A stretch of 64,000 nucleotides of DNA from a virus. This document shows positions 28,734-36,663 of this stretch, piece by piece. Location: the IMG/VR virus record IMGVR_UViG_3300050015_000276, positions 32,001-96,000 of that record. One strand, 5' to 3'. Position numbers and translations under genes: made by a program. The stretch's first letter is position 1. Each line of letters starts with the position of its first letter. The notes below the pieces were generated by a model. It was given only the letters and a program-made list of their open reading frames with translations. It had not been told where the DNA came from and did no database searches.

Positions 28734-29011
28734 GCCCCACAATGAAGAAACAGGATGCCTCCTCTGCCATCGCGTTGTCCTTGGCCGCGGAGGTAGTAGA
28801 TCAAATAACAATCATCCTTTCCAGTGTTGATGATGCCATGTCATCCACAGATTTGGCAGCATCACACCCGGCCCGCATCAATTTGCTGGATATCAAGGCT
28901 GCGGCACTCAGGATATCGAGCCGTTGTAACCAGACCAATTCGGTGTTCCAGCGTACTGGTATCCGATTGGGCCGTGGTTCCTTCGATGCCATCTGCGATA
29001 ACATGTATTAA
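28730..29011 (+). CDS. Hypothetical helical protein
   Basis: AGGAG SD, ATGA coupling. Confidence 0.65.
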   Translation: MSPTMKKQDASSAIALSLAAEVVDQITIILSSVDDAMSSTDLAASHPARINLLDIKAAALRISSRCNQTNSVFQRTGIRLGRGSFDAICDNMY

Positions 29012-29141
29012 AGCCTCCAATTGGAGGCCATACACCAGTTATGATAAGCGATTCTTGTTGACATCCACGATGAAGCGTTCGCCGACAGGTTTGGCTATCT
29101 CCGAGTTGTAGTTTGCTCCGTATCGGTCCAATAGCAGAGAG

Positions 29142-29165
29142 CCGGAGGCCTTGCAAGGCCTCCGG
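29142..29165. repeat. Perfect 24-bp palindrome
   Basis: CCGGAGGCCTTG|CAAGGCCTCCGG. Confidence 0.9.
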
Positions 29166-29336
29166 TTTTCCTCAAGGCCCGTGTTATCATAACAGAAGCT
29201 TGACACGATCCCAGCGATCCTCCAGAGGGGCCCTGCTACCCTATCAACCCTAGTGGCAGGATCGATCCTAGAGCGAACCTGCGCGATTATTTTGACAGTT
29301 GACAAAGGCCCCGCGACACTGCTATCATGAGGTTGT

Positions 29337-29531
29337 ATGAAACCCAAGAAACTGAAATACTTCACAACCCGTAAGTATATGGGAGATGATGCCTACTCCT
29401 GGGCTGTGTTCCGCAAGGGTGTTAGCAACCCGATCTGTTCTGGCTGTTCCAAAAACGAGGCCCGGTACCATGCGGGAGAGATCGAGAAGAATTACATCCA
29501 GATGTTGACTGACCAGGGTGCCAAAGTATGA
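29337..29531 (+). CDS. Hypothetical protein
   Basis: Follows TTGACA 29299 / TATCAT 29323. Confidence 0.7.
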   Translation: MKPKKLKYFTTRKYMGDDAYSWAVFRKGVSNPICSGCSKNEARYHAGEIEKNYIQMLTDQGAKV

Positions 29532-29776
29532 CAATCACCGAACTGGCGTCCTCCGTTAACAAGGCAGTGTACTTTGTGGCCGGAGATCTCAAATTCACCT
29601 GCATGGTCACGGATGCCCGTATGTCATGGGGTAAGCCACAATTCCAGATCAGACCAGTGACCGGGTTGGGTACTCGGTGGGTCGAGTTCTCCTCAATCGA
29701 ACCCGTCGAATCCATTCCACAGATCAAAAAACCCTTGACAACCGTTTCATACTCTGCTAAACTGGTCCTACGATGA
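29528..29776 (+). CDS. Hypothetical protein
   Basis: ATGA coupling. Confidence 0.65.
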   Translation: MTITELASSVNKAVYFVAGDLKFTCMVTDARMSWGKPQFQIRPVTGLGTRWVEFSSIEPVESIPQIKKPLTTVSYSAKLVLR

Positions 29777-30044
29777 AACGTGAAAGCTACCGACACACAA
29801 CGAACGCCTATTATGAAAACCGGGCCGCAAGCCGACCCCGCCAAGTGTGGAAGAAAGCCAAGATAGATGGACAGCCCAGCCGGCGCTTTGCCGCAGCCAA
29901 TGGTGAGATCGGCGCCATTCCGGTCCATGTGAATCCTCGGGTCGTGTAGTCCAACAAGTTTGGGGCCGATAACGCCGTGCCGTTGCCGCAAGAGCCGTCC
30001 ACGGAAGGTCCGGCCCCAATTCGTACACCAATAAGGAGAATGTC

Positions 30045-30191
30045 ATGAAGAATACAAACGATTTCGCCGTCAGGCGCGGCCGGACCTTCACCACGTTTTC
30101 GACTTCCATAGCCGCCGCGGCCTACCAGAATGTTACGCTCGGATAGGTCCTGATGGTCCGGACCGCATCGGGTTGGAAGAACCTGTTCTAG
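30045..30191 (+). pseudogene. Small gene with a possible in-frame amber stop at 30144
   Basis: AAGGAG upstream. Reads MKNTNDFAVRRG...VTLG*VLMVRTASGWKNLF*. Confidence 0.4.
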
Positions 30192-30377
30192 AAGTCCAAG
30201 TTTGTGGTTGCCGGGAGGTAGACATCCATAGTGAATGGAGGCTGGCTCTGAACCCCAGCCTCCATTTTCCGGTCTATAACTCACTTATCATAACGGGACC
30301 TTGGCGATCTAATAGCCAACGATCTAATAGCATGTATACTACTTGACAATCCATATACATTCTGATACACTTACCCT

Positions 30378-30581
30378 ATGATCGACATGCAGAATTTCAT
30401 GAAAAGGCCAGACTCCTTCGACATGAAGATTGCTATGGTCAATGGAAGTCCGGTCTGTATATTCCGGGATTGCCATTTGGACAAGCCAGGTATGGAGATG
30501 GTTTTCCCGAATGCTCCAGTTGTCACGTCTCCATTGGATGCCTGGGACCTGGCACTCCGTGAAGATGAGGATAAGTATTAG
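30378..30581 (+). CDS. Hypothetical protein (leaderless); last plus-strand gene of the array
   Basis: TTGACA 30343, TACACT 30366. Confidence 0.7.
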   Translation: MIDMQNFMKRPDSFDMKIAMVNGSPVCIFRDCHLDKPGMEMVFPNAPVVTSPLDAWDLALREDEDKY

Positions 30582-30915
30582 CCATGGAGCGAAAATACTA
30601 TATTCCGTTTGTCATGGAGGTGACAGTGGTATCCAGGCCTCCAATGCCTTGGGCTTTGCTCTATGATGGAAAAGAATCCACCAATCTGGAAATCTTACCT
30701 GGAGGCCTGTTTCTAATAGGCCTATTGGTCTCCGTATGGATATCATCTCCATAAGGAGATGGAAGGATGCGTTATGATAAGAGTATCTAATAGAATGGAA
30801 GGATCTGTTATGGTAACAAATGGAACTAATAGCCACATGCTTTGCTTATGATAACGCGACCTTGAACCAAAGGAAACGCCCGGGCCTCGGAGGCCCGGGC
30901 GTCGGTCGGAGTGGA

Positions 30916-31356
30916 TTACTCGGTGACGGTCAGGTCGGCGACGGTCTCGGGAGCAGGCCCCTCGATCAGCTTCGGTTCGGTATTGACGGGCGGAGCGGTG
31001 CGCTTGGACTTCGCTTCGCGCTTCGGTTTCGCTTCCTTCTTGGCTTTCGGCTCGACAACGGCGACGGCAGCCTTGGAGGCAGACGCGGCGAGCTTGAACA
31101 CGGACAGGTTGTAGATGCCCGGGGTGTTTTTGACTTTCGCCGACAGGTTGCGCCCGATGAAATACGGCATATATTTCTTGCCCCGGAGGGACTGGTTGGC
31201 GGTGATCAATTGCTTGGAGGACAGCTTGGTCTCGCCCTTGTGGAACGCGATGATATCCTGAATGATCTTGAACTGGTCGGTGGATAGCGCGTACCCGCGG
31301 AATAGCGTGTGCGGAGTCCCCTTCTCAGTCGTCCCGTCGATAATCTTGAAAGACAT
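30916..31356 (-). CDS. Basic protein with Lys/Ala/Pro-rich histone-like tail
   Basis: GAGGAG SD, GC3-rich codons, tail KAKKEAKPKREAKSKR. Confidence 0.75.
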   Translation of the reverse strand: MSFKIIDGTTEKGTPHTLFRGYALSTDQFKIIQDIIAFHKGETKLSSKQLITANQSLRGKKYMPYFIGRNLSAKVKNTPGIYNLSVFKLAASASKAAVAVVEPKAKKEAKPKREAKSKRTAPPVNTEPKLIEGPAPETVADLTVTE

Positions 31357-31496
31357 GTGTTTAATTCTCCTCTGTTTTCGTTTGTACTGTTTCAGTACTC
31401 TATAAGTGTATCAAATGCGGGGACGTGGTCAAGCGTTTTTGGTAAGAAAAAGGCGAAGCCGAAGCGAAAGCCGCATTAAAGTATTTTAATGTTAAA

Positions 31497-31616
31497 AAGC
31501 TTGACATTCCATCGGTTCTATTGCGCAAGCTTGCGTTATCTGTTTCCTTTTCCAAGCTTGCGTTATCATAAGCGAAGCTTGCGCTGCCAAGGTCACGTTA
31601 TCATAAGCGAAGCTTG
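31497..31616. repeat. Cluster of short direct repeats containing AAGCTT and GTTATCATAAG boxes
   Basis: CAAGCTTGCGTTATC twice and CGTTATCATAAGCGAAGCTTG twice (31561, 31596). Confidence 0.8.
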
Positions 31617-31667
31617 GAACCAAAGGAAAGGGGGATCCTTTTGATCCCCCGATCCGTTTCTATTAGG

Positions 31668-31853
31668 TCAGGCGTCCTTGAGACCCCAATACCACTCCCG
31701 ATCTATTAGTTCCTTGCGGAGTGTAACCAGCCGCGCTATTAGAGCGGCCCGCGTTTCAGGGTCCGTGACACTCTGCAAGCGGTACTCGGTCAGGCAGATA
31801 TCGCTTTTGATCCCCGAGGTTCGAACCTCATTGATTGAATCCAAAAAACTCAT
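31668..31853 (-). CDS. Hypothetical protein
   Basis: CAGGAGG SD, MSFLDSINEV. Confidence 0.65.
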   Translation of the reverse strand: MSFLDSINEVRTSGIKSDICLTEYRLQSVTDPETRAALIARLVTLRKELIDREWYWGLKDA

Positions 31854-32105
31854 GAGGCCCTCCTGATTACTGCGGGTTCTATTGACCGGACCAGAACTGC
31901 GGGTCCATGGATGGGCCGCGCGGGCAGGTGCACCCAGAAGCATAGCAGTACTATTAGAACCTGCACTTTTCACCTCCAAAGACCACTGATATTAGCAGCC
32001 CAATAGCCAACACACCAAGGACGAGGACTTGCGTATTCATTGGTTTCTCCCGACACTATCGTGTTTCGGCTGGGGACCACCCAGCCTCATCGGGGGAGGC
32101 GGCCC

Positions 32106-32474
32106 CTATCGGGCCGCTTCTAGCTGCGCTTTCGCCTTCGCTTCGATCATGCGGACTAGCTGTTTACGGTATTTCCCGATTGTTATCACGGGGGTCTTCC
32201 CGCGATGCCAAGGACGGCGGGCCTCTGCAAGCTGGTCTACTGAGAGGTGAGTCCCACTCATGATTTGACGCGCATATTGCCCGAATAGCTTAGCATCGGC
32301 TTGTTGCATTCCCTTGTCATTGTCATCGATAGTGACGCCCGCTGCGCGTTCTAGTTCAGTCTGGCGCTTGTAGAGTGCAACAATGCTTTGTTCGACCCAC
32401 GAATCAGATGTTTCGAGCATATACAGGACCTTGTCGGGGGTCCAGTCTGTCAGTTTGTTGTAGTTGACGTACAT
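32106..32474 (-). CDS. Conserved hypothetical large-phage protein
   Basis: AAGGAG SD; VE.SIVALYKRQT..E......DNDKG...AD...LS..QL..AR motif. Confidence 0.75.
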   Translation of the reverse strand: MYVNYNKLTDWTPDKVLYMLETSDSWVEQSIVALYKRQTELERAAGVTIDDNDKGMQQADAKLFGQYARQIMSGTHLSVDQLAEARRPWHRGKTPVITIGKYRKQLVRMIEAKAKAQLEAAR

Positions 32475-32486
32475 TGTGTTCTCTCC

Positions 32487-32597
32487 TTACTCGCACACTT
32501 CAAGAGAATTGTCATTCAAAAATTCAATGACGTAACCGGCCAATGCGATATCATCGAGTACATTATCGGCTGTGTGTTCGAGCATGAATTGTTTCAT
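32487..32597 (-). CDS. Small acidic protein (not in ORF track)
   Basis: MKQFMLEHTADNVLDD..., 36 aa, downstream of a minus-strand TTGACA/TAGAAT promoter. Confidence 0.5.
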   Translation of the reverse strand: MKQFMLEHTADNVLDDIALAGYVIEFLNDNSLEVCE

Positions 32598-33786
32598 GTG
32601 ACTAGAACAATTCTAGCACAAGCTCGCGTTATGTCAACACATTTTTCACTTTATTTGACAAAGTGGAAAATAAAAGCGAACAAAAAGCGAAACTAGTGTT
32701 TGCTGCGATTTGTAGACGTTTTAACACGTATTTAAGCTTTTTGCGCTATGACGTACTAGCTCGTTCTGGGCGATCGATCCTAGACGTGTTTCTGCGCGAT
32801 TAACGAGCATTTGTAGCAGCGTACGCGTACGTGTGTTTTGAGAGTCTGCAAGAGTATAGTATACACTTGTTACGGGGTGTATGGGGTGTATAATGGCAGT
32901 GTTATGCATATATTGCATTTTGCGATGTGGGGCGTTAACGGCATAATATGCATAATATACCCCCGTCAAATACGTCCTGGCGACTTTAGATACTATCAGT
33001 AAACTTCAAGTACAGTAGTACGTGTTATCGGACTTTCATATCCAAAAAATTTTTCTGGGTTTTAATCATCTATCGAGGCCTCGAATTAAGAACACTACAA
33101 TAATTACAATAAAAAGTATTACCATAATTTTCTTATCTGAAAAATTTTTGGAACCAAAAAGCTCTAAAACAAGGCCAATATTTACCTTTACTACCTTTAA
33201 AGTCCCATCCAGGATTAATGGCAATCATTAACAATAAAGGTATACAATTTAAAATAAAAATAAAGTTTTTCATATTAGGAAAATAAAATTTTAATAATTG
33301 AGAGCACTATTATTAAAAAACACAATACAAATAAAATATCAAACATATATTCCATTAAAACCAGTTTGGAAATTTTTTTCCCAATATCGATTTTCTATTA
33401 GCTTTTTAGCATCACAGAAATAAGGACTGAGTTCCATACCAGATGCGTCGAACCAACACTCACCTAGATTCTGTATACCGAAACCACCCAACACATCGAA
33501 TCAACTTCAACTCCATTTACTACAAAATAATTAATACCACCATCTGTTATCCATTCATAATTCATTTGCTTTACCTTTTCGTATCTTCATAATAGCATCA
33601 AGACAATAAAATAGCTATCATACAGAATCCTTTTAATATGTCATCGAATGCCATTCATCAATTTCCTGTAAAAGAGATGCAATCTTTCCAATCAAATCTC
33701 TACCTGTGTACTTACCAAGAATTTGGCGGCCGACTCGGCATACTCTTCTGGAATATCTACCCAGACAGTTCCATCTTTTAGAAACA

Positions 33787-33999
33787 TCATAGAACACCAA
33801 AACTCGTACAACCAGTAGTACATAGATAACGTGGCCACTCTATCAATTCCATCTCGTCATCCGTCTTTTCTGAAATATCATCCGTACGATGGATTTCAAC
33901 ACAAGGTTCATCAGTTGTAAACGTAACCTCAATTTCTAGATCTCTTGCAGCGGCGTTTGCGCGCCGTAAAAATTCGTCATAACGTTCTTGTATGCTCAT
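33787..33999 (-). CDS. Hypothetical protein
   Basis: Coupled to the upstream minus-strand gene. Confidence 0.6.
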   Translation of the reverse strand: MSIQERYDEFLRRANAAARDLEIEVTFTTDEPCVEIHRTDDISEKTDDEMELIEWPRYLCTTGCTSFGVL

Positions 34000-34433
34000 T
34001 ATTCCTCCATTAATATGTCTAGTTGCCGAACCAAAAGGTCCTGAACCAGTTTCATGTCTTCTACAGCCTTCACTAATGTTTCAAATTCGGCCACGGTAAT
34101 GAATTTACTCTTTCTATACTTTTCTGCACTATCAGTTTTGTCCTTTTCAAGTCTTTCATCTGCTATTTTCTGTAATCCGGGAGATAATGGACGCCAAAGT
34201 AACACCTTACTAAATTCTCCTGTAAACTTAATACCACTTACTGCACTCCATGACGTGTCCCATTTACCAATAACAAAGAGAGGATAATGTTGGTAATTCA
34301 TTAATGATTCTACAAAATCAACATTCCATTCACGTATACCGGTAAATATATTTTCTCTACCAAACCGGTCTGGATATACAACAGTTGCTTCTGTACCATC
34401 CATCATTACTATTGTAAAATTCGTATCCATCAT
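33999..34433 (-). CDS. Hypothetical protein
   Basis: 144-aa ORF. Confidence 0.7.
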   Translation of the reverse strand: MMDTNFTIVMMDGTEATVVYPDRFGRENIFTGIREWNVDFVESLMNYQHYPLFVIGKWDTSWSAVSGIKFTGEFSKVLLWRPLSPGLQKIADERLEKDKTDSAEKYRKSKFITVAEFETLVKAVEDMKLVQDLLVRQLDILMEE

Positions 34434-34434
34434 A

Positions 34435-34824
34435 TTACCAACTCACCTGAAAAATCCATTCCGTATAAGCATCACGGCTATAGGCGAAACCGTCATCGAC
34501 TGATCCGGAATAGGCATCATGGTAAATTACTTCTGTTGGAGATGTCCAAAATCCTCTTCCAACAAGAATATTTTTGACTAAATTGGAAGTAATTTGGGAA
34601 ACAGTTGTTGAAATTTTACATGAACGTTTATTTTGATTAATCGCTTTTGGTAACCATTCATCGTTAAATTGTTTCGTTATAAAAATAACAGCATCTACTC
34701 TAATATATCTTTTGTGTTTTTCTTTTTCAATACGCTCTTTTTCGGCGGCAAGTTCTTTTTTATTTTTATTTTTCAAAGCCACTTTGTCAGATAATTCTTT
34801 CGCTTCTATTGCTGTCATGATCAT
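34435..34824 (-). CDS. Hypothetical protein
   Basis: AGGAG SD, 129 aa. Confidence 0.7.
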   Translation of the reverse strand: MIMTAIEAKELSDKVALKNKNKKELAAEKERIEKEKHKRYIRVDAVIFITKQFNDEWLPKAINQNKRSCKISTTVSQITSNLVKNILVGRGFWTSPTEVIYHDAYSGSVDDGFAYSRDAYTEWIFQVSW

Positions 34825-35190
34825 ATTAATCTCCTAATAAATCCTTTCAAAATAAATTTAGTTATTTTCTGAATTTCTTTGATGGTCATCATTTCAGACC
34901 TATTCTATCATAGACAAATACTGTTTGTCAATACAAAAGACCCATAAATATTAATATGATTTATGAACAACTGTGGTTACCATTTGATTTGCCACAAAGT
35001 GAGGCATTTCGAAAACAAGATAATGTTAGTACTCCTAAGGAGGTGATCTATTCTCTGGATGATATCCAGTATACGTGTCCGCGTAATGTAGAAACCACTT
35101 ATAAGGAGGACAGGTGCTAGTAAGTTAAAAATGCTAAATAGTGTTGTATGTCCAAAGATATTGGAATACTAATTTAGAAAGGATCTAAAT

Positions 35191-35454
35191 ATGTTCAGGT
35201 TTCATATAAAGCAGTACGGCCTAAAAGGCGACGGTAGTGGACCCACAGGTACACTTCCTTATCAATTGATCTTGCGTGTTGTCGGAGTTACAGAAGCCAG
35301 TCCTAAAAATGTCTGGATGAAAGACTATGACACCGTTGCAGATGCAAAAGTCGGCGCGGCCGCATTATTTGCCACAGGCACAGTTACACCTTGGGTAGAT
35401 AGTGGTAGTCCAGTTGTGGAAAGCCTAAGCGCAATTTTCACACCAACATTCTAA
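35191..35454 (+). CDS. Small, probably late or virion protein
   Basis: Preceded by CTAAATA and followed by the hairpin GGGGCGGCTAATTAACCGCCTC. Confidence 0.7.
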   Translation: MFRFHIKQYGLKGDGSGPTGTLPYQLILRVVGVTEASPKNVWMKDYDTVADAKVGAAALFATGTVTPWVDSGSPVVESLSAIFTPTF

Positions 35455-35484
35455 TTGCTTCATAGGGGCGGCTAATTAACCGCC

Positions 35485-35841
35485 TCACCTCCCCCTCCCA
35501 TAAGAACCTTTATTTTTCCTCATACGTATTAGTATGTCATTAGAAAGTCCTGGACAAAGTTCTTTTGGTTCTCCCCACCAGTCTGGAAGTAATGCTCTCT
35601 TATACCAATAATCTGTATTGTAAATATTAAAATTTGTCCGTAATCGATTTACAAAAGCATTATAATTGACCTGAATTTCATGTTTCTTAAACGGATGTAA
35701 TCTATGTTTACAAACTGGTCCAATCATCCTATATCTAGAATCAAAAGAATATCCATTATCACGAGTATAATTTTCTTCCCAACAATATAGACATTCTCCA
35801 AATTTGGGATGTTTTGTATTAATCGGGCCCATACTTGACAT
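35485..35841 (-). CDS. Hypothetical protein
   Basis: 118-aa ORF. Confidence 0.6.
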   Translation of the reverse strand: MSSMGPINTKHPKFGECLYCWEENYTRDNGYSFDSRYRMIGPVCKHRLHPFKKHEIQVNYNAFVNRLRTNFNIYNTDYWYKRALLPDWWGEPKELCPGLSNDILIRMRKNKGSYGRGR

Positions 35842-35842
35842 A

Positions 35843-36205
35843 TTAATATACCTGGTTAGTTATCAATGCTCGAATTGATTCGGCATTATGTGGCAAATCA
35901 ATACTTAAATATTTCACTGCCGCTTTTTCTACTAATTCATACTGAATTTCTGGAAACAATGCAATAGACGATGACCGTGCAATTTCTTCGAGTTGGGCGG
36001 CCTCATTTAAAATCTTCCAATACTCTTTTTCATTTTTGGTTCGGTATTCAGTATTACTCTTTCCGAGTTGATAAAATTCAAAAGAAGTTGTAACAAACAA
36101 TAAAAGTCCCCAAATGGGTGTCAACATACCAACTTGAACGGCCGACCAGATAACTACAATCGCTAGTAAAATACCAGATAATAGTGTAAGTCTAAATTTA
36201 AACAT
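35843..36205 (-). CDS. Membrane protein with two N-terminal TM helices
   Basis: Hydrophobic N-terminus; AGGAG SD. Confidence 0.7.
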   Translation of the reverse strand: MFKFRLTLLSGILLAIVVIWSAVQVGMLTPIWGLLLFVTTSFEFYQLGKSNTEYRTKNEKEYWKILNEAAQLEEIARSSSIALFPEIQYELVEKAAVKYLSIDLPHNAESIRALITNQVY

Positions 36206-36207
36206 CT

Positions 36208-36426
36208 TTAATCTCCTTCTTCAATTGTGCGTTCAATGTCCTCTTCTAGAATTTCATGGTATCTCTCCAAAGTCACTTCGTATTCTTGGAGAAGATCATT
36301 TAGACTATGATTGAACAAATCAATATTATCTTCGGAAAAATTATCATCCATCAAATTATAAAGATATTCAATTTCTTTTATTAGACAGCTTTCATTAAAG
36401 ATTTCAAAAAATGTATCTTCAAACAT
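36208..36426 (-). CDS. Highly acidic small protein
   Basis: 72 aa, rich in Asp and Glu. Confidence 0.65.
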   Translation of the reverse strand: MFEDTFFEIFNESCLIKEIEYLYNLMDDNFSEDNIDLFNHSLNDLLQEYEVTLERYHEILEEDIERTIEEGD

Positions 36427-36599
36427 TAAATTTTCCTAAAATTATATACCATTCCGTGTCCATCAGCAGATTGCATGGTACTCATATCAATTTTAATATA
36501 TCCTAGATTCTTGGGTTTGGGAGTCTTTGGAAGTTTTACTTTCTTCGTAACCTTCTTTTTATTCAAGACTTTTTCGATTTTTTTGGTTGTTTTTGACAT
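36426..36599 (-). CDS. Lys-rich small protein (not in ORF track)
   Basis: MSKTTKKIEKVLNKKKVTKKVKLPKTPKPK..., 57 aa, directly after a minus-strand TTGACATCC-TACAAT promoter (-35 at 36632-36637). Confidence 0.65.
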   Translation of the reverse strand: MSKTTKKIEKVLNKKKVTKKVKLPKTPKPKNLGYIKIDMSTMQSADGHGMVYNFRKI

Positions 36600-36663
36600 T
36601 ACAAATCAATTGTATCATATTCGTGAATGGATGTCAACCCTAAATATTTGTGAGTTTTCTTTT

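Noticed and set aside
4400-31620. CRISPR array or integron att sites in the repeated intergenic motifs
   Set aside because: The repeats are 9-15 nt, irregularly spaced by whole genes, and match promoter or operator geometry. No cas gene or integrase is in the window.
36475-36663. Hydrophobic N-terminal extension on the HNH endonuclease in the ORF track
   Set aside because: It is the antisense of a Lys-rich minus-strand gene. The late promoter at 36640 and the paralog at 53557 support a start at 36664.
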